Shown piece after piece: positions 11,269 to 21,240 of a stretch of DNA of 64,000 bases. The stretch comes from Parachlamydiales bacterium (GTDB lineage Bacteria > Chlamydiota > Chlamydiia > Chlamydiales > Rhabdochlamydiaceae), in contig OY970065.1 of the NCBI GenBank assembly GCA_963705295.1, positions 1,344,001 to 1,408,000 of the forward strand, written 5' to 3'. Position numbers and translations under genes: made by a program. The stretch's first letter is position 1. Each line of letters opens with the position of its first letter. The notes below the pieces were generated by a model. It saw only the letters and a program-made list of their open reading frames with translations, was not told where the DNA came from and searched no databases.

Positions 11269-12003
11269 TCAATTCTTTTTATTCAATTCCGCAAGTTTCA
11301 GATACTTGTAATACGCCGTCTGGGAGTTATAGAGCGAGATGATAAATCCTTCCTTTCCATCTAAAAAGCCTCTTTTAACAAAATAGCTCTTAAGAAATGC
11401 CCCCAGCCCATGAAACAGGGCCCTAGAAAACGATCCAATTCTTTTCCCTTGATATTGCTCGGCAAACAACGTCGAATATTTCTGCATCTTCTCCAAAAAA
11501 TCTCCGTAACTTCTATACGGTGTGTGCTTCAGCCGATGTTTGAGCCTCACTTTCTTCAGCCCCTCCGCGAGCACTCTCTCATGCACCGCATCGTCTGAAA
11601 ACCGGGTCTTCTTTCGATGGTACATCCGCACTACCGGATCAGGCGACCATCCTCGAATTTTCTTCCCCTTAAAATAATTCTCCCGCTCGATCACATAAAC
11701 ATTCTCCGGATCGAGCTTCAACCCTCGAATCTCCTCCAACAGTTCAGCCGTCACGACCTCATCACTATCAATCGATAAAATCCAATCATAACTCGCCTTC
11801 CCACTCGCTTCATTATGCAGGGGACCAAAACCCTTAAACTCCGTCTTAAAAATCTTCACCCCGGCAAACTCTCCAGCCTTCTCAAGCGTCTGATCCGTTG
11901 ACCCCGTATCCAAAATGACAATCTCCGGCACATCTTTTAATGATTCTAATGTTGCTGCCAGAGTTTCATGACAATCCTTAGTCAAAATCGTAACTGAAAA
12001 CAT
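11269..12003 (-). CDS. glycosyltransferase family 2 (WaaE/KdtX-like, LPS-related)
   Basis: ILDTGSTD, WILSIDSDE, VHE and YFVKRGFLDGKEGF motifs. Confidence 0.88.
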   Translation of the reverse strand: MFSVTILTKDCHETLAATLESLKDVPEIVILDTGSTDQTLEKAGEFAGVKIFKTEFKGFGPLHNEASGKASYDWILSIDSDEVVTAELLEEIRGLKLDPENVYVIERENYFKGKKIRGWSPDPVVRMYHRKKTRFSDDAVHERVLAEGLKKVRLKHRLKHTPYRSYGDFLEKMQKYSTLFAEQYQGKRIGSFSRALFHGLGAFLKSYFVKRGFLDGKEGFIISLYNSQTAYYKYLKLAELNKKN

Positions 12004-12057
12004 ACCCCCAGAAGCGTATCAAGGATCTTATTTTGAAACCACCAAATCTAAGAAAAT

Positions 12058-12139
12058 TAACAGGATATTAGGATGGTCAGGATGAAAAAGAAATGCCTCA
12101 TTCCTAATTTCTTATCCTGACCATCGTAATATCCTGTTA
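12058..12139. repeat. REP-like inverted repeat: 26-bp arms with 1 mismatch, built from 9-nt-periodic AGGAT units
   Basis: taacaggatattaggatggtcaggat (12058-12083) pairs with atcctgaccatcgtaatatcctgtta (12114-12139). Confidence 0.85.
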
Positions 12140-12247
12140 TATTTCCTAAAATTTCATTCAGTCTATTCGGTTCGTACTCTTGTTAAACAAATGGGTTTAT
12201 GGTTAAAAAGAGGAAAAATTATGTGAGATGGTGTATAATTTTTTGGC

Positions 12248-13516
12248 ATGCTGAAAGGGATTAAAGAAGAAATTTTAAAACTGAGTGGGACGCAGAGGAT
12301 CTTTATCCTCTGTGCCATGATCTGCGGGTTTTGTATCACGGCGGATTATGGGATTGTGAGACCGACCAGCACAAGTATTTTTTTGACGGCCCATGGAAGC
12401 GGTTTGTTTCCGTATGCATGGCTGGCGATTGTTCCACTCAATTTTTTGATTGTCGAACTGTATAATCGGTTTTTGTCCCGGATCGGCGTTCTGAAGATGT
12501 TTTTCATGATCATAGGGGCGGTCATTGCGATCAATACATTCTGCGCCATTTTCATTTCAAAAATTCCGTATTTGGCCTTCTTCTTTTACATCTGGAAGGA
12601 TATTTATGTGATGCTTCTGTTTCAGCAGCTGTGGTCGGTGGTTCACTCGACCATTCAGATGCAGCAGGCAAAATATCTTTATGGCCTTTTATTTGCGGTC
12701 GGAGGGATCGGAGGAATTGTGGGAAGCGCTGTTCCGAGTTTCTTCGCAGTCACGCTAGGCTCGCCTAACTTATTATTTGTCTCGATTCCACTGTGCCTCA
12801 TCCTCATCTGCTCTTTTCTCTATTTAATAAAAAATAGTAGTGTCGCTGCCTCGCAACCCTCGGAAAAACCGGTTGGAAATATTTGGCAGGGGATTGACCT
12901 GATTCGGAAATCGAAATACTTGATCTTCATCTTGGCCATCGTCCTCTTGATGCAGGTGACAACAACCCTCATCTACTACCAGTTTAATATAACTCTTGAA
13001 GCGAATATCATCGAACAAGACTTAAGGACTGCCTATAGTGGAAAGATTCTTGGAGTCGCGAACATTCTGACCGTGTTTTTCCAGCTCGTTGGCTCGTTCC
13101 TCTTGGTCCATTTTTTGGGACTGAAGCGGAGCCATCTCTTCTTGCCCCTTATCCTCTCGCTCAATGCCTTTGGATCGATCTTTTTTCCAACATTCGGGAT
13201 GATCTCGATCGCTTTCATCACGATCAAAGCCTTCGACTTCTCTCTCTTTGGAGTCCTCAAGGAAATGCTCTATATCCCGCTGCGCCAAGAGGAGAAATTC
13301 CAAGCCAAAGCCATCATCGACGTCTTTGCCTACCGGACCGCCAAAGCCGTCGCCTCGTGCCTCATCCTTGCCCTCCAATTCTTCGGCTCCCTCTCCATCA
13401 TCCATTGCCTCACCGGCGGCTCCCTCGTCCTCCTCATCCTCTGGACATTCGTCGTCTACAAAATGTTCCAACTCAAAGAAAACCCTGCAGACCTAGAAAC
13501 CATCTCCCGAGATTAG
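12248..13516 (+). CDS. Npt1/Npt2 (NTT/TLC-like) nucleotide transporter, MFS fold
   Basis: About 12 hydrophobic segments; DYGIVRP, QAKYLYG and KEMLYIPL...KFQAKAIIDVFAYRTAK motifs typical of NTT-family carriers. Confidence 0.8.
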   Translation: MLKGIKEEILKLSGTQRIFILCAMICGFCITADYGIVRPTSTSIFLTAHGSGLFPYAWLAIVPLNFLIVELYNRFLSRIGVLKMFFMIIGAVIAINTFCAIFISKIPYLAFFFYIWKDIYVMLLFQQLWSVVHSTIQMQQAKYLYGLLFAVGGIGGIVGSAVPSFFAVTLGSPNLLFVSIPLCLILICSFLYLIKNSSVAASQPSEKPVGNIWQGIDLIRKSKYLIFILAIVLLMQVTTTLIYYQFNITLEANIIEQDLRTAYSGKILGVANILTVFFQLVGSFLLVHFLGLKRSHLFLPLILSLNAFGSIFFPTFGMISIAFITIKAFDFSLFGVLKEMLYIPLRQEEKFQAKAIIDVFAYRTAKAVASCLILALQFFGSLSIIHCLTGGSLVLLILWTFVVYKMFQLKENPADLETISRD

Positions 13517-13519
13517 GAA

Positions 13520-13619
13520 TTTTCACCACCGAGCACACCGAGACCACCGAGAAAATGCAAGAAAGATTTTCCTTGCGGCGAAGCCGCCTCGGTGCTCTCG
13601 GTGTGCTCGGTGGTGAAAA
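13520..13619. repeat. REP-like inverted repeat between convergent genes: 32-bp arms with 1 mismatch plus inner GCGGC-GAA-GCCGC hairpin; possible terminator
   Basis: ttttcaccaccgagcacaccgagaccaccgag (13520-13551) pairs with ctcggtgctctcggtgtgctcggtggtgaaaa (13588-13619); three CACCGAG units per arm. Confidence 0.88.
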
Positions 13620-13631
13620 AAAATCCCGTTT

Positions 13632-16600
13632 CTATTTCTTTCCGATCTTGGCGTCGAGGATTTTGAGGAGGCCTTCGAGATGGGATTTGATGGGGGAGTC
13701 GGGGGGGATTGTGATAGCGGAGCGGATGATGGAGAGAGTGGCTGGATCGGATTTTTGGATGAGAGCGAAGAGGATTTTAGAGTAGGTGATGTAACTTTCA
13801 CTGTCTTTGATGGGAGAAAAAACAAGTGCCGTAAATTGGCGTACGGTGCGCTCGGAGTTTTGATATAAAGGAAGGGCTTCTCGATATAGATCTAGAAACT
13901 CGTAGATGAGGTTGAATGTATGATCTTTGATAATGAGCTTTGGGTGAGTGATTTTCGGTAATTGTTCTTCAATATCTCCTACGATAGCGCGGAAGTCGAT
14001 GAACAACTGGTCATGAAGATCTCGCATTTCGGGAAATTGTTTGCATTTTTCAATAAAGGCCAAAATGGTCCAACCAAATCGAATGACAAAAAGGAGATGC
14101 AGCTCGGGGCAATCAGGATCACGCAGTTTTGGGGCCATTTTTGGGATGGTTTCATGGATCAATTTATAAAGAGGTCTTAAAAATTTAGGACCATAGGGTC
14201 TCGTGAATCGGAGAATGCGGAGAAGTGTCCAGATATGATCGGTATTAACTGCTAGGAGAGAACTCATGCATTCGTCGATTGCATTGGTTACGGAAGATTC
14301 CGATAATCCTTGAAAGAGAACTTCCAATTCAGCTGGAGGAAGTATTTCGAGATGAGCACCACTTAGGAAAAAGTCCAAGAATTTCGATGAATGGAAAGCG
14401 ACAGCTTTCATCCGGTTTGAATTTTCACCATTATCTGTATGGGTATATTCTGTAAATATCTGAATACCAAACCTGAGCATTTTTGGTAGATGCTGCGAAG
14501 TGGCCATGTAAATTCCGGTAATAAAATTCACGAGGAGATTTCCCCAATGATCATTATAGGTACGGGGACTGGATGCATAGAGATTAAAAAAATCGGGGAA
14601 TATGCGTATCATACACCGGACTTCTTCGAGGATAGGATCGTTGTACTGAGCCACGCATAAGATCGAAGGGAGACCATCTGTAAACCCAGTTAATGCCTCT
14701 TTGAGTTCGGTTTGATCGGAAGGCTTTTTCATAAATTCTGGAAAGAGTCTTTTCATTCCTCTTAAAACAATCGCAAGAAGCGAGCAAGAAACGTTCGATC
14801 CGTACCAATACATGAACTGAGGAGTTGCCTTCGATAGGTCATAATCTGGAAGCTTTGGAATTTCTTTTAGGGTTGCAAGGATCAAGACCATCCATAGTTC
14901 TCTTAAGCGAACGGCTCCAGCAGGATTGGCTAGAAAAAAACTGATTTCAAAGTCTTCTACCATGGATGCTAAAGAAAAAAGAACGTCTTGTTTAATGGTA
15001 AAGTTAAATTTCTGACTGAGAAAATCTTTCACAAGAAAGGATGTTGCATTTAAAAACAGGTCGGTCGGCGCTTCAAAACCGAGGACCATATTTAATTTGA
15101 TTTCCGGACAGGAAACAAGCGTTTTAGGAACTCCTTCTATTTCATGTTTCTGTATCGCCAAATACATTTTCCACTGAGTAAAAATCCGGTGGAAATTTCT
15201 CTCTTTGACGAAGATGCGGAGCAATCTTAAAATTTGTCCAACTTGGTTCCAATTGAGAGTCGTTTGCGTGATAGAATTTTCAAGCCAATCGTAAATTCGA
15301 ATGCGAAGGATATTATCATCAGGCACGCAAGCAAGAACACAGAACTGCTCAATGAGCACTTGATTGAACTTTTTTTGCAGAGGTTCATGCCGAAAAATAG
15401 AGGAAAAACACTCGATTTGATTGAAGAGTGCGACATCTTTGATACAGAGCAGAATTGCAAAACGGGCCTGAGTGATATGAGGTAATGCTTGGACAGGATC
15501 TTCCCCTACAATTTTTCGAATCACCTCACTTCGAATCGTGGCATGGATGAGTACGAGTCTTTTCTGAGAAGGTTTCATTTTTTCATCCCAGCAAAAGTTA
15601 ATCGCTAAGGTGAAATACTCGAGTACAAGCTCACGATTGCCAAGTTGTGTGAGAATGCATCCTAAAATATCCAGAAGGTGGGTGTCAAAAAGGGCCGCCG
15701 TAGAGTTCTTAGATTGGAAACAATACCGGAGAGCATCGGCCCATTTCCGAACATCGTTAGCAGTTATTTTCTCAACAGGATGAGATTTTATCCATAGACC
15801 CCAAGCGTGCTCGAGTTGGGATGTGGCGGGTTGCCCTGATAAGGTAGCAATAAATGCATCATATTCAACGACTTCTTGCCTCAGCGGCACATCCATAGCG
15901 CCGGTTGCGACATAGGCGCGCAGGAGCTTCTGCATCGGATCTTTTGGAAGTCCAGAGCAATGTCTGAAGAACGGTCTTTCATCTCCAACAGCTAGCGCTA
16001 AAAGTCGGTTGAAGAGAGGATTCGACCGAACCGGGGAGCAGGCGGCGATACCGGCAAAGAGCTTCAACCATTCTTGCCTACTTGAGCGGTTACTGGCCTC
16101 CGAGGTAGACAGAGCCACCCTTTGCAGCTCAGGAACTAAAGTAGGATTGGGATCGTTATACAGATGTGCTGCAAGCCAAAAAATCGGCTCGTGATTGACA
16201 GGGTCTCCGCGGGTGAAGATAAAATAATTTTTGGCATAAAATTTCCAGGTCTCTTCCGTTCTAATAAGGGAAAGAAGCCAATCAGATGCAGTCAAATACG
16301 TCGACTGAGGTAAAAAAACAGTGATCCATTCTCGACTTTTACTCCTTTCAACAACACCGATTAAAATACGGCCGAGGCGCACTTTTTGTTCTTTTGATAA
16401 TTTCGCTGCAAATTTTGAAAAATCTCTTTTAAACACTTGCTGAGGCGCAACCGTATGGATCTGCTCTAAGATTTCTAAGACAAATTCCGTCAATGAGTTC
16501 TCATTTTTGAGTCGTTTAAAAAGCTCGATGAATTTGGTCCAATATTGGTCGCCGCTTGTTTCTTGGAGGAGTATGCGGATGATCGGAAAAAGAGCGTGCA

Positions 16601-19082
16601 GCCGCTCGTGTTGTCGAAAAATGGCAAAATGCTGGGTCATATCTTCCATCACAGCTTCAGAGGGCATCAGAGGATAACACCGGAGTAAGCACGAGATGAA
16701 ATGACTGCCGTCGACCTTTTCACCCACAATCCTCCCTTTGAGTTCCAGAACCTTGGGATACGATTTAGGATTGTTCCTATCGAGTAGCTCTTCGAGAAGC
16801 TTCAGTAAAAATGGGTGATCATCTTTACTCGGAGGCATGCGGCAAGCAACAGAAGTTAAAAGTTCAATCTTGTCTTCTTGGAGAAGGCCTGCAGCGAGCC
16901 ATTCCATAAATTCTGGAGTAACATTTGTCAGATGTTCTGCTGCTAGAAATTCCTCAGCGACTTCCGTATAATGGTTCCACTTGTTTCCAGACCGGATAAC
17001 AGCTTGATAAATCTTGATCAAATGGAAGATGCGACGTTTGGTTCCCGATTGCCGCAACGCTCTCCACAAAAGAAAAGGATCGGTATCAAGATTTTCTTCG
17101 TAGGCTGTAAGTAAGTAGTTTTGAAGCCGCTGGCGGGTTTCGCTCAACTGGGGAGTTTGCTCCTCTTTTGATAAACGGCTGAGATATTTCTCCATGAGTG
17201 AAATCCGATCTTCGCGAGGAAGAGAACTCCGGTCCGATGAAAGCTCACTGACGCGGGCAAGAACGAGAGATAAAGTTGGAAGATCGAATTGATCGACAAG
17301 ACGGTTCAGAATTTCGGCGCATAGGGGAGGATCTAGGGCCAAACAGGCTCTCCAAATTCCTTGAACTATTTTCTGATCTTTGCAAAGTAAAAGAACACTG
17401 AAGGTTTCTGCAGGTTCTTGAATCGTTTTAAAGAGAGGAAAATAAGGGGAATTTCGATAGACGCCCTCTAAATGCCGCATCCTCTCGGCATCCGTACAAA
17501 GGGTTGGAAGCCTTAAAACATCGTCTTCCCCAACCTTTTTCCATCCTGCTGTACGTAGTGCAGTGTACCACAGAAACTGGACCTCAGGAGGAAGGGCTTT
17601 TTCAATTTCATCCAAGAGACCTTCTTGTAGAACAGGGGGGTTGTTTCTCGGAAGAGAAACCAAATGGGATGAGGGGAAGGCCATCTTCAAACAATCGGTG
17701 AGGCACTGGATAGAACCTCGATCGGTTTGGATCCAATCATAGAGTTGAAGCAGACTTTTCTCGAGTTGCAAAGGGATGACAACGTATCCCGAGCCTATAG
17801 GAATTTCAAGAGCTCCACTTGGGGTAAGTCGAGGGGAGGATGTGTCGTTTTCAGAGCAGATATAAAGGCGAAGTCCATAAACAATTTGTAGGACGGAAGA
17901 GACCCTTTCAAAAAGATGACCATTTAAGTGGTGATAAAGAAAAGCACCTAGCGGTGTCCTGTGTGCTTCAGGGCCTATTTTAGTAATCGGAAGTTTGAAG
18001 TCGACACGCCGGGGCCCTAATTGGGCCAACACATTGAAATAATAAGCAATGAAATGATCGACATCAGGGGCAACTCTTTCACTTCCTTCTTGAAAAGAGA
18101 GATGCAAATCGACCGCTGGATCGATTTCGGGTGGGTGAAGAGGCTGCCCAAATTCTGTTAAATGGGCCCATAAATGGCCGAGCGTATTTCCAGTTAAGCA
18201 ATTTAATAGATGGTTATGCAACACACGCATCGGAGGAGATCCACACGCCAGCTCAAAATGGTCTCCGTTCAAAGCTAAGGAAATATCATCTTGTTTTTCT
18301 TCGAAGGTGAAGCGGATCGTGAGAAAAGGTAATTTTAAACTTGTTGTTGTCATATCTGCGGGAATGACTTTTCTTAAACTCTCTATCCGTTTCTTGAGGT
18401 CGATATGTCTTTGAGAAAGACCGGGCGTATCGGGTTGGATTGAAGAAAGATATCCAAATTCACGGAGCTCTTCACCAAAAAAACTTTCTCCGACTTCTCG
18501 AAGAGCCAGGAAATAATAACAAAGGTCGAGAAACCGATTAAACGTCTGCTGAGAATCGGCTCCATTAAATCGCTGAGGTAAGATAAACCGAAGCTCGTGG
18601 GAAAAAGATTTCGAACAAAAGGCCCACATTTCTGGCTTTGTCTGAGCCGTTAGATCATCGATCATGAGACCTTCACAAATGGTTTTTTGCCAATACTCCT
18701 TTCCAATCAGCGGATAGACTCCAAAAAGATGCGACTGTGTTCCTCTAAACATCTTAGAGAAATAGGCAAACAATTTTTGATATAAACCTTGGATACTCCA
18801 CTCGAGTAGATGTCTAGGAAGCGGGCGAGGTTTTTTTAAAAATATCTCGATCGTGTCCCTTGCTGAAGCGGGTAGAGGAGGAAGTTTCGCATCGGAGTAA
18901 GGTGCAAGCAGGTTTCCTTCTGGGTCAACCCGTCCCACACCCTGGATAAAACTCAAATACGATTGAAGAGGATGAAGATCAGAATGGAGACGCCGCGGTG
19001 GAGAAGAAGGAGCCCTTTCACCCGGTTGTGAAGTCTGGGTTGAAACCCGTGTTGTCTGCGGTATGATGGGAAGTGTTGCCAT
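13632..19082 (-). CDS. very large (1816 aa) leucine-rich, probably helical hypothetical protein; possible secreted effector
   Basis: Long uninterrupted ORF with an S/T/P-rich N-terminus (MATLPIIPQTTRVSTQTSQP); no family recognised. Confidence 0.8.
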   Translation of the reverse strand: MATLPIIPQTTRVSTQTSQPGERAPSSPPRRLHSDLHPLQSYLSFIQGVGRVDPEGNLLAPYSDAKLPPLPASARDTIEIFLKKPRPLPRHLLEWSIQGLYQKLFAYFSKMFRGTQSHLFGVYPLIGKEYWQKTICEGLMIDDLTAQTKPEMWAFCSKSFSHELRFILPQRFNGADSQQTFNRFLDLCYYFLALREVGESFFGEELREFGYLSSIQPDTPGLSQRHIDLKKRIESLRKVIPADMTTTSLKLPFLTIRFTFEEKQDDISLALNGDHFELACGSPPMRVLHNHLLNCLTGNTLGHLWAHLTEFGQPLHPPEIDPAVDLHLSFQEGSERVAPDVDHFIAYYFNVLAQLGPRRVDFKLPITKIGPEAHRTPLGAFLYHHLNGHLFERVSSVLQIVYGLRLYICSENDTSSPRLTPSGALEIPIGSGYVVIPLQLEKSLLQLYDWIQTDRGSIQCLTDCLKMAFPSSHLVSLPRNNPPVLQEGLLDEIEKALPPEVQFLWYTALRTAGWKKVGEDDVLRLPTLCTDAERMRHLEGVYRNSPYFPLFKTIQEPAETFSVLLLCKDQKIVQGIWRACLALDPPLCAEILNRLVDQFDLPTLSLVLARVSELSSDRSSLPREDRISLMEKYLSRLSKEEQTPQLSETRQRLQNYLLTAYEENLDTDPFLLWRALRQSGTKRRIFHLIKIYQAVIRSGNKWNHYTEVAEEFLAAEHLTNVTPEFMEWLAAGLLQEDKIELLTSVACRMPPSKDDHPFLLKLLEELLDRNNPKSYPKVLELKGRIVGEKVDGSHFISCLLRCYPLMPSEAVMEDMTQHFAIFRQHERLHALFPIIRILLQETSGDQYWTKFIELFKRLKNENSLTEFVLEILEQIHTVAPQQVFKRDFSKFAAKLSKEQKVRLGRILIGVVERSKSREWITVFLPQSTYLTASDWLLSLIRTEETWKFYAKNYFIFTRGDPVNHEPIFWLAAHLYNDPNPTLVPELQRVALSTSEASNRSSRQEWLKLFAGIAACSPVRSNPLFNRLLALAVGDERPFFRHCSGLPKDPMQKLLRAYVATGAMDVPLRQEVVEYDAFIATLSGQPATSQLEHAWGLWIKSHPVEKITANDVRKWADALRYCFQSKNSTAALFDTHLLDILGCILTQLGNRELVLEYFTLAINFCWDEKMKPSQKRLVLIHATIRSEVIRKIVGEDPVQALPHITQARFAILLCIKDVALFNQIECFSSIFRHEPLQKKFNQVLIEQFCVLACVPDDNILRIRIYDWLENSITQTTLNWNQVGQILRLLRIFVKERNFHRIFTQWKMYLAIQKHEIEGVPKTLVSCPEIKLNMVLGFEAPTDLFLNATSFLVKDFLSQKFNFTIKQDVLFSLASMVEDFEISFFLANPAGAVRLRELWMVLILATLKEIPKLPDYDLSKATPQFMYWYGSNVSCSLLAIVLRGMKRLFPEFMKKPSDQTELKEALTGFTDGLPSILCVAQYNDPILEEVRCMIRIFPDFFNLYASSPRTYNDHWGNLLVNFITGIYMATSQHLPKMLRFGIQIFTEYTHTDNGENSNRMKAVAFHSSKFLDFFLSGAHLEILPPAELEVLFQGLSESSVTNAIDECMSSLLAVNTDHIWTLLRILRFTRPYGPKFLRPLYKLIHETIPKMAPKLRDPDCPELHLLFVIRFGWTILAFIEKCKQFPEMRDLHDQLFIDFRAIVGDIEEQLPKITHPKLIIKDHTFNLIYEFLDLYREALPLYQNSERTVRQFTALVFSPIKDSESYITYSKILFALIQKSDPATLSIIRSAITIPPDSPIKSHLEGLLKILDAKIGKK

Positions 19083-19140
19083 AATTCAGACAGGCAGTTT
19101 AGGATAAGAAATGTTTTCCTAAAAGTCAGAAAAATTATTT

Positions 19141-20730
19141 ATGCAAGCTCAAGAACTACTATGCAATCCTCTTCTCAATAAAGGGACCGCTTTTACCCAG
19201 GAAGAGAGGGACCGCTTTAAACTGAATGGAAGACTGCCCTACCATGTCTCCACTCTGGAAGAACAGGTGCAGCGCAGGTACCAGAATTTTAAAGCGCAAA
19301 CGACCGATCTAGCAAAACATTTGTTTCTCTCTGCCCTCCACAATCGGAATGAGGTGTTGTTTTACCGGCTCGTCGTTGACCATGTGACAGAGATGCTCCC
19401 TTATATTTACACACCGACGGTTGGCGATGTCTCTCTCCATTACAGCTATCTGTATACCGACCCCAGAGGGATTTATCTCTCGTTTCCCCACCGTGATAAA
19501 ATGGAAGAGATCATCGACAACCTCCCTCAAAAAGAGATCGATGTGATCGTCGTTACTGATGGAGAGAGAATCCTGGGGCTGGGCGATCTAGGAACGGGGG
19601 GAATGGCGATCCCCGTTGGCAAACTGACTCTTTATACGGTGTTCGGCGGGATATATCCGGGAAAAACGATGCCCGTCATGCTTGATGTCGGAACGAACAA
19701 CCCCAATCTCCTGAGCGACCCTCTTTACATTGGATGGAGAAATCCTCGGGTGAAGGGGAGTGAGTACGATGCGTTTGTAGGCCGCTTTGTCAAAGCGATC
19801 AGGCGCAGGTATCCACAAGTTCTACTTCAGTGGGAAGATTTTGGACGGGACCATGCTGGACCGCTGCTCGAAAAATACCGGCATGAAATCTGCTCGTTTA
19901 ATGATGATATCCAAGGAACGGCCGCCGTCGCTCTTGCTGCGCTGCTGAGCGCCATCCAACTCAGTCATTCCGATCTTTCGCAGCAGCGGATCGTCGTCTT
20001 CGGCGGGGGATCTGCCGGGATGGGCATCTGCAACCATTTTCTTGGCGCCATGAAAGCCCAAGGAATTCCTGAAGAGCAAGCCAAGAAGGGGATCTATGTG
20101 ATCGATGTTCACGGTCTTGTCCATGAAGGGCAGCCTGACATCCCGGCCCACCAAAGACCTTTTGCAAGGCCAAAAGAAGAAAATTGGACAAAAACAACCC
20201 TCCTCGATGTGGTGCGAGAAGTACGACCGACCGTTCTCATTGGAGTTTCGGCCCAGGGAGGAGCTTTTACAAAAGACGTCATCACCACCATGGCCCGGTA
20301 CGTTGAGAGGCCGATCATTTTCCCCCTTTCGAACCCAACCTCGAAATCAGAAGCCCATCCGGTCGACCTTCTGAAGTGGACCAAAGGAAAAGCCATCATC
20401 GCAACAGGGAGTCCCTTTGAAGGCTTTGCTCAATGTAACAACGTCTTTATCTTTCCGGGAGTCGGGCTTGGAGTCATTGCCTGCAAAGCGCGGCAAGTTT
20501 CAGAAAAGATGTTCTTTAAAGCAGCAGAAATCTTAAGCCGCTATTCACCCCTTGTCAAAACTCCCGATGGAAATCTCTTTCCTCCGTTCGAAAAGCTCCG
20601 TGAAATTTCCCAAGAAATAGCCCGTGTAGTCATCGAGGTCGCCCAGCAGGAAGGTCTTGCCACACAAACACCGCTCCTCAATGAAACAATCTGGCAGCCC
20701 GTTTACACCAAATTAAGTGCTTTATCGTAA
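19141..20730 (+). CDS. maeA: NAD-dependent malic enzyme
   Basis: LNKGTAFT, YTPTVG, VTDGERILGLGDLG, QWEDF, FNDDIQGT, GGGSAG, PLSNPT. Confidence 0.95.
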   Translation: MQAQELLCNPLLNKGTAFTQEERDRFKLNGRLPYHVSTLEEQVQRRYQNFKAQTTDLAKHLFLSALHNRNEVLFYRLVVDHVTEMLPYIYTPTVGDVSLHYSYLYTDPRGIYLSFPHRDKMEEIIDNLPQKEIDVIVVTDGERILGLGDLGTGGMAIPVGKLTLYTVFGGIYPGKTMPVMLDVGTNNPNLLSDPLYIGWRNPRVKGSEYDAFVGRFVKAIRRRYPQVLLQWEDFGRDHAGPLLEKYRHEICSFNDDIQGTAAVALAALLSAIQLSHSDLSQQRIVVFGGGSAGMGICNHFLGAMKAQGIPEEQAKKGIYVIDVHGLVHEGQPDIPAHQRPFARPKEENWTKTTLLDVVREVRPTVLIGVSAQGGAFTKDVITTMARYVERPIIFPLSNPTSKSEAHPVDLLKWTKGKAIIATGSPFEGFAQCNNVFIFPGVGLGVIACKARQVSEKMFFKAAEILSRYSPLVKTPDGNLFPPFEKLREISQEIARVVIEVAQQEGLATQTPLLNETIWQPVYTKLSALS

Positions 20731-21194
20731 TCTGGCTCATGACTCACTTCTTTCACCAGCTCCGTATCGATGACCTTGTCATTCTCATCTAAAACAACCA
20801 CGGCCCGTGCACAAAATCCCTTTAGGGGACCATCGACGATGAGCACCCCATAATCTTCTGCAGGCTTCTTCGATTGGACAAGGGACAGCGTCGTGATGTT
20901 TCCCTCATCTCCGCACACTCTTTTCTGCGCAAAAGGAGTGTCGACTGAAAGATAAATGACAGCAGCACCACTTTTTCCACCTATCGCTTCATTAAACTTT
21001 TTTGCCGAAAGTGAACAGACCGATGTATCGAGACTCGGCACAAAACAAATAATTTTTTTCTTCCCTTTGAAATCGGCAAGCGTTTTCTCTTGCAAATCCA
21101 TGCTCACCCCCGTAATCGGCGGTGCTTTTTGCCCTTTCTCCGGCAGATTTCCATTCGTATGTAAGGGCGACCCCTTCAGTGTTATGTTACTCAT
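20703..21194 (-). CDS. tpx: thiol peroxidase (atypical 2-Cys peroxiredoxin)
   Basis: VPSLDTSVC, SVDTPFAQKRVC, ARAVVVLDE, EPDYD. Confidence 0.95.
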   Translation of the reverse strand: MSNITLKGSPLHTNGNLPEKGQKAPPITGVSMDLQEKTLADFKGKKKIICFVPSLDTSVCSLSAKKFNEAIGGKSGAAVIYLSVDTPFAQKRVCGDEGNITTLSLVQSKKPAEDYGVLIVDGPLKGFCARAVVVLDENDKVIDTELVKEVSHEPDYDKALNLV

Positions 21195-21204
21195 AATAAA
21201 ATAT

Positions 21205-21234
21205 TTGCTATAAAAGTTAAAGATTTGTTAAAAT
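21205..21234 (+). promoter_or_regulatory. sigma66/70-type promoter directly upstream of ATG 21241 (probably leaderless)
   Basis: TTGCTA (21205-21210), 18-nt spacer, TGn-TAAAAT (21229-21234), 6 nt to the ATG, no Shine-Dalgarno. Confidence 0.55.
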
Positions 21235-21240
21235 ACGGCG

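Noticed and set aside
13520..13619. Short periodic repeats here and at 12058-12139 as a possible CRISPR array
   Set aside because: They form inverted arms with 9-nt periodicity, have no unique spacers, and no cas genes are nearby
13022..13868. Several overlapping ORFs at the NTT / 1816-aa junction, including 13357..13785 and 13523..13825
   Set aside because: Shadows of C-rich gene ends and read-through of the stop-poor REP-like palindrome
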